Notes: a model not told the origin generated them from the letters alone. A stretch of 64,000 nucleotides of DNA from Longimicrobiales bacterium (GCA_965204735.1 OZ242008.1:1408001-1472000), one strand, 5' to 3'; positions 54,175 through 63,207 are shown, numbered from the stretch's first letter. Translations and numbers: made by a program.

Positions 54175-55314
54175 ATGCGCTTCCGACGCCTTCGCCTGAA
54201 GAACTGGAAGAACTTTCGCGAAGTGGACATCGCAGTACACGACCGGATGTTCTTGGTGGGCGCCAACGGCTCGGGGAAGTCGAACCTTCTCGACGCCTTC
54301 CGGTTTCTCCGGGACCTGGCTCTGCCCGGGGGCCTGAATGCCGCGGTTGCCCGCCGCAAGGGCGTGGATGCGATCCGCTGTCTGGCTGCCCCCAAGGATG
54401 CGGAGGTCGGCATCGAGGTCGAGGCAGAAACCGAGGGCGGTGGATCGCGATGGCGTTACGCGCTTTCGTTTGGCCAAGATGTCCAAAGTCGGCCCTGCGT
54501 ACACGCCGAGCACGTATCGCGGGACGGTCGCGCCGTCCTCGATCGACCGGACTCCGACGACCGCAGCAATCCCGCATTCGCGCAGCAGACTCACCTTGAA
54601 CAAGTCAGCAGGAGCGCAGCGTTTCACTGTTTGCAGGAGTTGTTCGCGTCCATTCGGCACGCCGACCTGGTGCCGCAAGTCGTTCGCGAGCCCGACGGCG
54701 CCGTGGGCAACTTCCATCACCGTTACGGTGGCCGCTTTGTGCAAGATATTGCTCGCACGCCGGCGGACGAGCGCGACTTCATCTTGAATCGGATCGAAAA
54801 GGCCCTGCGCATTGCAATACCCTACTTCGGGTCACTGGGATTGGTTGCCGACAGCACGGGAGTGCCTCACCTTGTTGCGAGAAGCGCTCACTGGCGGGAG
54901 GCCGACGCCTTGCAAGCGGAAGATCAGTTTTCCGACGGTACGTTGCGGCTGATTGGACTGTTATGGGCCGCGATGAAATCTTCTGGACCTTTGCTTGTGG
55001 AGGAACCGGAACTGTTTCTTCATCCTGACGTTGTTCGCATGCTTGCCCAGGCCATGGACAGTGCCCAACGTGGATCAAGAAGACAGATCTTCATGAGCAC
55101 GCACTCGCCCAACTTGATGTGGGACGAGGAGATCAGCCTTGAGGAAACGTTGCTGCTGCTGACGGACGGCGGGGTTGTCCAGGCCGTTGCGGCCGACTCG
55201 GTGGAACAGGTTTGTCTGCTGGTTGAAGGCGGTTCTTCCGTTGCAGAGGCGGCCATCCCGCGCACCCAGCCCCTTGGAACTTGGCGCTTGGCCCTGTTCG
55301 CAGATGGCGACTAG
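54175..55314 (+). CDS. ABC/SMC-like AAA ATPase (AAA_21/AAA_15 type)
   Basis: LKNWKNF, Walker A GANGSGKSN, signature FSDGTLR, Walker B LLVEEPE..LHP, STHS. Alternative GTG start at 54133. Confidence 0.9.
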   Translation: MRFRRLRLKNWKNFREVDIAVHDRMFLVGANGSGKSNLLDAFRFLRDLALPGGLNAAVARRKGVDAIRCLAAPKDAEVGIEVEAETEGGGSRWRYALSFGQDVQSRPCVHAEHVSRDGRAVLDRPDSDDRSNPAFAQQTHLEQVSRSAAFHCLQELFASIRHADLVPQVVREPDGAVGNFHHRYGGRFVQDIARTPADERDFILNRIEKALRIAIPYFGSLGLVADSTGVPHLVARSAHWREADALQAEDQFSDGTLRLIGLLWAAMKSSGPLLVEEPELFLHPDVVRMLAQAMDSAQRGSRRQIFMSTHSPNLMWDEEISLEETLLLLTDGGVVQAVAADSVEQVCLLVEGGSSVAEAAIPRTQPLGTWRLALFADGD

Positions 55315-55939
55315 TCCGGCATTCCGTCCCGTCGTCACGGCGGCGGTGGAGGGATTGACCGACGAGGCGGTCGCCGAACGTCTGATCAATCACGCCGGCG
55401 GGAAGCTGGGCAACGTGCATGGAAGAAGGGGAAAGGGATTTCTACGACGCCAGATCGACGGCTACGGGCAAGCGGCCCGCCGGTCCCCATGGCTGGTGCT
55501 GGTTGATCTCGACATGGACGCAGAATGCCCGGTCGGGCTGGTTCGCATTTGGCTAGAGAAGCCCGGCAACACCTTTCTGTGCTTTCGAGTCGCAGTGCGA
55601 GAGGTGGAGTCTTGGTTGCTGGCCGACAGGGAGACGCTGGCCGCCTATCTGCGTGTACGGTCGGGACGGATACCCAGCAACCCGGAGCGTCTGGAGGATC
55701 CCAAGAGAGTCATGATCGACGTGGCGTCCCGCTCGACCAGTCGGGCCATTCGCGAGGACATGGGTCGAGGTCGAGAAAAGGGCCGCCGGAGGGGGAACCG
55801 CTCGTATGCCCGTCGACTGGCCCAGTACGTCCACCTTGCTTGGCGGCCGGACGTCGCGGCGCAACACTCGGAGAGCTTGGCCAGGACTGTCGGTTGCCTC
55901 CAGCGGGTGGTGAGGGAGTATGCCGAGGCTGTGTCGTGA
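55304..55939 (+). CDS. TOPRIM-like protein (DUF4276-like), partner of the ATPase
   Basis: VEGLTDE, LVDLD, REVESWLLAD, DPK, SESL; overlaps the ATPase stop. Confidence 0.75.
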   Translation: MATSPAFRPVVTAAVEGLTDEAVAERLINHAGGKLGNVHGRRGKGFLRRQIDGYGQAARRSPWLVLVDLDMDAECPVGLVRIWLEKPGNTFLCFRVAVREVESWLLADRETLAAYLRVRSGRIPSNPERLEDPKRVMIDVASRSTSRAIREDMGRGREKGRRRGNRSYARRLAQYVHLAWRPDVAAQHSESLARTVGCLQRVVREYAEAVS

Positions 55940-55959
55940 TTCCCCGACACGCTTCCCTC

Positions 55960-56590
55960 CCAGATATTCCATATTGGTGGACATGGGCGAGCAGTATCAC
56001 CCAACCCATGGACTGATCCTTTCCCAGAATCGCCCCTTCGACATGGCGCCTACCACGTCGATCCCCTTGGATCGGAGCGCGAGGATCGTCGCCATGATCG
56101 TGCGGAAGAGGTAGTGGCGGCTCATTGAGATCGCCGTCTCGCGGCCGTCCCGGTAGACGTGAACGACCCGGGCGTCGGGAAACGCCCGCAACAGCTGGAC
56201 GCCGTAGAGCAGCGACGCCCCGGAGCGCTCCACCCACACGTCGCGCTCCATCCGACCGCAAAGCCACTCGAAGAGGTCGCGGAAGTGGGCCGCCGGCGAC
56301 TGGCGGGGCTTGGATCGAACGACTGGACCCAGCTCGTCGAAGAGCGCGTCGGGATCGGCGGTCAGGTGCGGAAGGGCACCGCACAGGATCGGCGGCAGAT
56401 CGCCGCGGCCGAAGCGAGCGCCCGGGGCGCCCAGCGGACAAACCATCTCCGGGTAGTCCTCCCGCAGCATGAGGCGTGTTCGCTTCCGCTGGTGCGCGTA
56501 CCACCCCCACATATGCTCGCCGGTCGCCCAGCGGCGGCGCAGCGCCCCCGTCCCCACGTTGCTGAAGAACTCCGACAAGCTCAGGCTGCT
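55960..56590 (-). pseudogene. Sulfotransferase fragment
   Basis: LSEFF, WVERSG, FPDARVVHVYRDGRE; N-terminal PAPS-loop absent; 3' part frameshifted/truncated. Confidence 0.7.
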
Positions 56591-57489
56591 TGAACGCCGT
56601 CCGCTCCCCCGAATCGGAGATGCCGGCGACCAAGGGAGGGCCTGGACCAGCCGGTTGGCGATCACCGCCGACTCGTGGTTGGGCGCGGGTTCGCACGCGA
56701 CGGCGACGTCGCGGAAGCGGATCGTGGCATCCTCGTCGCCTTTTGAAGAGGAGCTCGTCCGGCGTGCCCACCAGCCACGAGGCGTAGCGCCAGATCTGCA
56801 TGAAGGCGACCCGGGCCTCCAGGTCCAGCTTGGCGCCGAGGCGTCGGGCCTCCTGGAGCATCGACGCCGAGAAGTTGGCCGACGAAAGGCCCAGGTGCGC
56901 CGCGCTCAACGGCGTGCCGAAGACCGTCGCGTCCCACTCCCCGTAGCGACGCAGGAGCCGTCGCACTTGCGCGTGCACCAGACGGATGCGCACGGACAGC
57001 TTCCAGCCGTCGTTGTCGCGTCCCAGCGCGCCGGGCAGCATGATCTCGATGAAGTGGCGCGTGTTCTGCCGAATCCGCCGCAGGCCGTGCTCGGTCCTGA
57101 CTCGCCCGGTCGCGTAGAACGCCTTGCTGATCATCGTGGCCGCGTTGCGCAGCGTGACCAGGAAGAACGAGGGGATGAACAAGTCCGAGTCGCATGGAAT
57201 GCACGGCACCCGGCGTGAACCGACTCGGGGTCCCACCAGGCCGGAGGCGTCTCTACTATCCGCTCGAAGAACTCCCGCAGCCCCGCCGGCGCGTCGGCGA
57301 ACGCCTTCTCGTCCCGGTCCATGCCCGCTTGGATCAGCCGATGGGACGACTTGACGCCGATCAGGGACGCCCCGCCGCGTCGGCGAGCGGATCGCCCACG
57401 GACACGTGCCTGGCGTACTCGTCGGCCAGCTCGGGCGCCCACTGCCGGGCCTTGGCGCAACCCTCCTCGTAGGCGGACGGAACGTTCAT
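56591..57489 (-). pseudogene. MpaB/rubber-oxygenase-like (DUF2236) oxygenase, multiply frameshifted
   Basis: GDPLADA, P.WWDPE, VRIRLVHAQVR, WD...FGTPLS, WRYASWLVG distributed over several reading frames. Confidence 0.7.
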
Positions 57490-57693
57490 TCTGGATGGTC
57501 GCTCCAGCGGTCGCCGCACGTCAAGGGCGCGCAACCGGCCCGAGGAAGGGTTGTCGGGGCGACAGCGCCGCCTCAAGTTCACATGGACGCGGGAGGCGTC
57601 GAAGAGCTTGTGTGGTCCCGCCGGCCGTTCCCGCGTCCACGCCGCATCGGGCCAACGTCGGGAACCGGTCGCCAAGCCAAAAGGGGGGACACA

Positions 57694-58692
57694 GTGACCG
57701 AATTCAGAAGATGGGAAAACGAACCCGAGTCGGATTGGGGCATCGACGATCTCGACACCGAGGAGATTGTTCGCACTGTCGAGAAGGCGATCGACCTCGG
57801 TCGATTGGAAGACCCGGACACGCGAGACCCGCTCGTGTTGCTACGCGGCCTCGGCCTAACAAAGGAGGACGCACTGTTGCGTGCAGCAGTCGTGCTGTTC
57901 GGCAAGAAGGATCGCCTGTCGGCAGAGTATACGCAGTGCACCGTCAGGGCGGCCAGGTTCGCAGGGACGGAGAAGTCGGATTTCCTGGACAACCGGCAGT
58001 TTCATGGCAATGCATTTGAGCTGCTGGTCAGCAGTCAGCGTTTTGTTCGGGAACACCTCCGCATCGCTGGTCGGTTCGAGCCGGACAACTTCTTGCGAAT
58101 CGACGAGCCGTCGTATCCGCCGCTTGCTGTGCGCGAAGCGCTGGCGAATGCAATCTGTCACCGGGACTACTCGGCCGGCGGCGGTGCCATACACGTCGCG
58201 ATGTACGACGATCGCTTGGAGATATCGTCTCCCGGCGCTCTGCCGATTGGAATCACGCCGGCATCGTTGTTTGCGCCTCATGACTCGACACCGTGGAACC
58301 CTCTCATCGCGCACGTCTTTTTTCGTCGCGGCGTGATGGAGAAGTTGGGGCAGGGTACGCTGAAGATGCTCCAGCTCGCGACCGACGCGGGGCTGCCCAA
58401 GCCCCAGATCGAAAACGAACATGGGTCCGTGACCGTCCGCTTTCGACGGAGCGGTCATATTCCTCGCTACGTTCACGTCACGCTGTCCAGGCGACACCGA
58501 GCCATTCTGGTGCTGCTTTCTGCACAAGGACCGCTGGCCCTCGGGGAGATTGCGGAGATGATGCCCGATGACGCAAGGAAGACACAGAAGAAGCAGAGGC
58601 TGCAAAAGGAGTTGCAGGAGCTGCGGACGTTTCGCTTGATCGAGTGCTGGGGGCATGGGCTTGGCGCGCGCTGGGAGCGCACGTACTACTAA
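57694..58692 (+). CDS. ATP-binding protein (HATPase_c_4 / RecG-C-like) with C-terminal HTH; appears to lack the usual N-terminal AlbA_2 domain
   Basis: YPPLAVREALANAICHRDY, DDRLEISSPG, NPLIA..F...G.MEKLGQG; G-rich SD before GTG 57694. Confidence 0.8.
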   Translation: MTEFRRWENEPESDWGIDDLDTEEIVRTVEKAIDLGRLEDPDTRDPLVLLRGLGLTKEDALLRAAVVLFGKKDRLSAEYTQCTVRAARFAGTEKSDFLDNRQFHGNAFELLVSSQRFVREHLRIAGRFEPDNFLRIDEPSYPPLAVREALANAICHRDYSAGGGAIHVAMYDDRLEISSPGALPIGITPASLFAPHDSTPWNPLIAHVFFRRGVMEKLGQGTLKMLQLATDAGLPKPQIENEHGSVTVRFRRSGHIPRYVHVTLSRRHRAILVLLSAQGPLALGEIAEMMPDDARKTQKKQRLQKELQELRTFRLIECWGHGLGARWERTYY

Positions 58693-59375
58693 AGTGGCCG
58701 GCGCCGCCAAGGATGGCCCGGCCCGGACGAGCAAGATGCGGAGGTCGGCATCGAGGTCGAGGTAGAAGCCGAGGACGGCGGATCGCGATGGCGTTACGCG
58801 CTTTCGGTTGGCCAAGATGCCCAAAGTCGGCCCTGCGTACGCGCCGAGCACGTATCGCGGGACGGTCGCGCCGTCCTCGATCGACCGGACTCCGACGACC
58901 GCAGCAATCCCGCATTCGCGCAGCAGACCCACCTTGAACAAGTCAGCAGGAGCGCAGCGTTTCACTGTTGCAGGAGCTGTTCGCGTCCATTCGGCACGCC
59001 GACCTGGTGCCGCAAGTCGTTCGCGAGCCCGACGGCACCGTGGGCAGCTCTACCACCGTTACGGTGGCCGCTTTGTGCAAGATATTGCTCGCACGCCGGC
59101 GGACGAACGCGACTTCATCTTGAATCGGATCGAAAAAGCCCTGCGCATCGCAGTACCCTACTTCGAGTCGCTGGGATTGGTCGCATGCTTGCCCAGGCCA
59201 TGGACAGTGCCCAACGTGGATCAAGAAGACAGCTCTTCATGAGCACGCACTCGCCCAACTTGATGTGGGACGAGGAGATCAGCCTTGAGGAAACGCTGCT
59301 GCTGCTGACGGACGGCAAGGCCGTTGCGGCCGATTCGGTGGAGCAGGTTTGTTTGCTGGTTGAAGGCGGTTCTTC
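58692..59375 (+). pseudogene. Deleted and frameshifted second copy of the AAA ATPase gene
   Basis: Near-identical to 54131-55238 with two large deletions and small indels. Confidence 0.9.
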
Positions 59376-59450
59376 GATTACATAGTCGATATGGGCGAGC
59401 AATATCGACTGAAGCCTCAATGGTAGCCCGAGTTCGGCGCCCCGGCCCCG

Positions 59451-61700
59451 TCAGCCCCGAGCAACGCCGGGAATCCCATCTGCGCCCGGCGACTCGATCA
59501 AGCTCCCGATCGGCTCCGCGTCGCTTCGTCCGATGCGCTCCTTCATCTCCGTTGCCGCTGCAGACGCCATCTCGGCGACGCGGCCCGCCAACTCCTCCAC
59601 GATGCCGGCCTCACCGACCTTCTTCGCGAGGACCGTGACGGTCATTCCCGCGAGAATGCTCGCCACCAACGCCACGGAAGCGGGGCCGCCTGCCGCCACC
59701 ACCACGGGCACGACGGCCATCGGCACGCCGGCCGTCACCGTGCCCTCCGCCAACGTCTTGACGCACTCCTTGTAGCTCCCGGTCTCGCGAGCCTCCATGA
59801 ACGCCTTGGCCATCGCGGCCAGGGTCACCACCGCGAGGATCGGGTTGCGCTTGACGACTGCGGAGACGCCGGAGCTGGCGACGATGCGGGCAAAGTCCTT
59901 CGCCTCGCCCTCGTTCCAGCGGAAGACGAGGTTCGCACTGCCCAGCAGGCCGGAGATTACGTCGGTCGCGTCGTAGGTCACCAGGTCCGCAAAGACCCTC
60001 TTTGGGATCCCGAAAGTCTCCTTGAGGTAGTTGGCGACCCTGTGGTAGGTGTCCGGGTCCCAGGTGAAGAACGGCAGGCCGGCGGGCGTGGTCACGTCTC
60101 GGAAGAGGCCCAGCAGCATTCCCATGGCCCGAGCCATGATGCCGTCGTCGGTCGGAGCGTCCCTCGCGGCCTTGAACGCGCCCCAGATCGTGTGTCCTCC
60201 GTCGAAGATGCGGTGGAGGCCGCCGCCGATGCCGGTCTTGATGTACTCGGCGTCCATCGCCTTGTCGTAGGCTGTCGGCGCACCCTTGACCAGCTGGGCC
60301 AGCATGCCGTTGATGTCGCGCGTCAGCGCCGTGGCCAAGACTCCTTGGCCCGTTTCGTGGATGAAGCCGATCACCGTCGAAGCGGCCTTGGCTGCTCCGC
60401 GACCCAGGGGCGCAGCCCTGCCGTAAGCCCATGCCCCCGCGTCGCGGATCTCCTCGAACACGTCCGTCGCGACTCCGGCCGCCTTGCCCGCGGCCGACGC
60501 GACGCCCCCCGCGGCCGCGGCCACGCCCCCGGCGGCCGCGCTCCCGGCGTCGGCCGCCTTCTGGACCGCAAGCCGCGCGCTCCCGCCCACCGCGCCCAGC
60601 GCCTGGCCAAGCGCGTTGCCCCTCGCCGGCGGGACGTACAGCCTGGCATCCTCGGCCCGGCGGCGCACCAAGCCGAACGCCATGTCCAGCGTCGGCGTGT
60701 CCACGCCCACCATCAGCGCCATCTCCTGCACCGCCGTGCCCACGGCGTCGATCTGCAGCGGCCGCCCCGCCAGCAGGTCCCCGAGCATCGGCGCCCGACC
60801 GTCGCCCACCGCGGCCGTCAGCTTCTTGAACTGCTTCTCCAAGCTCGCGCCGAAGCGAACGCCCAGCGCCTTGCCGACCTGCTGCGCTTCGGCCATCAAG
60901 GCCTCGGCGATAGCGCGGACGCTGGGGTCGTCGGCAATCTTGGCGGCCGTGCCCGAGGTCAAGACGCTGACGGGGTCGAGCCCGATGCCGCCCCAGAGCC
61001 TCAGCCAGATCTCGTCGCGGATCGAGGGCGCGACCGACGCCTTGAGGTCGGCCTCGGTCAAGATCCGGCTCAGCGTCTCCACCCGCTTCGTCTCTTCCCC
61101 CGACGGCTCGCCCAAGACGAAGTGATTGCCGGACCGGTGGCGGATCACACCCGGCTTCTCGATCTCCACGGTCATGTGGACGACGCACCCGACCGACCGC
61201 TCGGGGCCGATCTCCCGCCACTGCTTGCCGTCGGGATCGACGCTCTCGAGCCGGCGGCCGTCGAACCCTCCGCCCAAGCGGTAGAAGTACCACCAGGGGA
61301 CGCCGTCGTAGGCCGTGACGACGATCGTGCCCGGGCCCATCAGCGGCTGCATCGCTTCGGCCGCCTGGGCCGCTTGGTGCGGGCGCACCGTCACGATCAC
61401 GTAGTCGTGGGGTCCCGCCTCGGCCGGGTCGTCGGTGCAGAACGGGCGCGCGTGCAGCTCCCGCTTCTTGGTGCGGACGGTCACGCCGTTCTTCCGCATG
61501 GCGGCCAAGTGCGGTCCCCGGGCGATCAGCGTCGTCTGCACGCCGGAGCGCGCCAAGTGCACGCCGAGGCAGCCGCCCACCGCGCCGGCGCCGAAGACGG
61601 CCACCTTCACGGCGGTCGGCCACGGGCCGCCCTGGGCAAGTCGCCCCGATCGGTCCCCTGCGGCCTCGTGGTGGCCTGTTCCCTTGGCAACGTCGTTCAT
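59451..61700 (-). CDS. Ketopantoate-reductase (ApbA/PanE)-like domain with substituted catalytic residues, fused to an unknown C-terminal membrane-associated domain
   Basis: KVAVFGAGAVGG, ARGPHL, GVPWWYF, LGEP, VDTPTL; no stop before an additional about 390 aa. Confidence 0.8.
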   Translation of the reverse strand: MNDVAKGTGHHEAAGDRSGRLAQGGPWPTAVKVAVFGAGAVGGCLGVHLARSGVQTTLIARGPHLAAMRKNGVTVRTKKRELHARPFCTDDPAEAGPHDYVIVTVRPHQAAQAAEAMQPLMGPGTIVVTAYDGVPWWYFYRLGGGFDGRRLESVDPDGKQWREIGPERSVGCVVHMTVEIEKPGVIRHRSGNHFVLGEPSGEETKRVETLSRILTEADLKASVAPSIRDEIWLRLWGGIGLDPVSVLTSGTAAKIADDPSVRAIAEALMAEAQQVGKALGVRFGASLEKQFKKLTAAVGDGRAPMLGDLLAGRPLQIDAVGTAVQEMALMVGVDTPTLDMAFGLVRRRAEDARLYVPPARGNALGQALGAVGGSARLAVQKAADAGSAAAGGVAAAAGGVASAAGKAAGVATDVFEEIRDAGAWAYGRAAPLGRGAAKAASTVIGFIHETGQGVLATALTRDINGMLAQLVKGAPTAYDKAMDAEYIKTGIGGGLHRIFDGGHTIWGAFKAARDAPTDDGIMARAMGMLLGLFRDVTTPAGLPFFTWDPDTYHRVANYLKETFGIPKRVFADLVTYDATDVISGLLGSANLVFRWNEGEAKDFARIVASSGVSAVVKRNPILAVVTLAAMAKAFMEARETGSYKECVKTLAEGTVTAGVPMAVVPVVVAAGGPASVALVASILAGMTVTVLAKKVGEAGIVEELAGRVAEMASAAATEMKERIGRSDAEPIGSLIESPGADGIPGVARG

Positions 61701-61876
61701 GGCTGCAACGTGGCGCGGCTTTGTCGGCGGTGCAATCCCGCCCGCGTCGTGCGGCTTGTACTCGTGCACCGAGTTCCGGCTGAACTGCACCCGGAGTACG
61801 ATCGTCTCGCCAGCTCGTAGTAGGGAGAAGGCTCCGTCCCTCGTTTTCCGCGAGCTGGCGCCACCCGCCAGCGCTG

Positions 61877-62953
61877 CTAGCCCGGCGCCCCGGCCCTCTC
61901 GCCGGCGCTGCCCTCCCGGCTGGCCCGCAGCTGCCCGCAGGCCGCGTCGATCTCGCGTCCCCGGGGGCGCCTGACCGCCACTGCCACCCCCGCCGCCTCC
62001 AACCGGGTCCCGAACTCGTGGAGTCGGCGCTTCCGACTGGGCCGCCAATCCACGTAGGGGATCGGGTTGAACGGAATCAGGTTCACGAAGGCGCCGACTC
62101 GGCGCGCCAGCTCGGCTAGCGGGGGCAGCAGCTCCAGCCCGTCGTTCACGTCGCGGATCATCGTGTACTCGAAGGTGATCCGGCGACCGCCCCGTCGGGC
62201 GAACGCCTCCACGGCGTCGATCACCTCCGCCAGCGGGTAGCGCTTCTCCAATGGGACCAGCTCGGCCCGCAGCTCCGACACGGGCGCGTGCAGCGAGAGC
62301 GCCAGGCGGAACTGCTCCTCCCGCTCGGCCAAGGCCAGGATCCCCGGCACGACGCCCACGGTCGACACGGTGATCCGGCGGGCTCCGAGGCCGTAGCCGC
62401 CGTTCAGCGAGGACAGGGCGGGGAAGAGTCGGCGGCGGTTGGCCAGCGGCTCGCCCATCCCCATGAAGACGACGTTGGTGACGGGACCCCGCTTCCGCTC
62501 CCGAGCCCAGCGCGCCGACGCTCGGTACTGGCCGACGATCTCGCCCGCGGTCAGCTGCCGCCGGAAGCCGGACCATCCGGTGGCGCAGAACGTGCACGCC
62601 AGCGCGCAGCCGGCCTGGGAGGAGACGCAGAGGGTGAGCCGTCCCCCCGACGGGATGAGGACGCTCTCGACGACTTCGCCGTCGGACATGCGCCAGAGGT
62701 GCTTCGCGGTCCCGTCCGACGACTCGGAGACCGCGACGGTCTCCGGCTCCTCCAGGCGAAAGCGCTCGGCGAGGCCAGCCCGCTCGCGCGCCGGCAAGTC
62801 GGTCATCGCCCCGAAGTCGTCGACTTGGCCTGCGAACAGCCACGCCTCTACTTGCCGGGCCCTGTAGGCCGGCTGGCCCCGCTCCCGGAAGTGGGCGGAG
62901 AGTGCTCGGCGAAGATCGGCCGGAGGCAAGTCCAGCAAGTCGGGTCGAGTCAC
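61877..62953 (-). CDS. rlmN: Dual-specificity 23S rRNA A2503/tRNA A37 C2-methyltransferase
   Basis: CVSSQAGCALACTFC, VFMGMGEP, ALSLH, NLIPFN, IDAACGQL. Confidence 0.96.
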   Translation of the reverse strand: MTRPDLLDLPPADLRRALSAHFRERGQPAYRARQVEAWLFAGQVDDFGAMTDLPARERAGLAERFRLEEPETVAVSESSDGTAKHLWRMSDGEVVESVLIPSGGRLTLCVSSQAGCALACTFCATGWSGFRRQLTAGEIVGQYRASARWARERKRGPVTNVVFMGMGEPLANRRRLFPALSSLNGGYGLGARRITVSTVGVVPGILALAEREEQFRLALSLHAPVSELRAELVPLEKRYPLAEVIDAVEAFARRGGRRITFEYTMIRDVNDGLELLPPLAELARRVGAFVNLIPFNPIPYVDWRPSRKRRLHEFGTRLEAAGVAVAVRRPRGREIDAACGQLRASREGSAGERAGAPG

Positions 62954-62982
62954 GCGCGGGCCTCCGGGCGTTCGGGCCGCTG

Positions 62983-63207
62983 GTTCGGTGTTCGGGCCGG
63001 TGTTCACGGTTCGGGCCAAGTGTTCACGGTTCGGGCCAACGTTCACGGTTCGGGCCGGTGTTCATCGTGGAAGGCCGGTGTTCACTCTTCGGGCCAAGGT
63101 TCACTCTTCGGCCCATGGTGCACGAGCGGCCAGTCCGCCTCGTCCACGCCGGTGTTCACTCTTCGGGCCAACGTTCACTCTTCGGGCTAAATTGCACTCT
63201 GGAGCCC
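62983..63207. repeat. Intergenic array of about 10-11 degenerate 19-20 bp direct repeats
   Basis: Consensus GTTCAC(GG/TC)TTCGGGCC(AA/GG)N at 62983, 63002, 63022, 63041, 63060, 63080, 63099, 63154, 63173, plus decayed units at 63118 and 63192. Confidence 0.88.

Noticed and set aside
54131..59375. Diversity-generating retroelement TR/VR pair (ATPase gene and its copy)
   Set aside because: Differences are not adenine-specific (C>T, T>C, G>A, T>G and indels occur), and no reverse transcriptase is in the window.
61701..62843. N-terminal extension of the KPR fusion to 1130 aa
   Set aside because: The extension overlaps rlmN in another frame and has shadow-ORF composition.
62983..63207. CRISPR array
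   Set aside because: Units are contiguous 19-20 bp with no unique spacers, and no cas genes are present.
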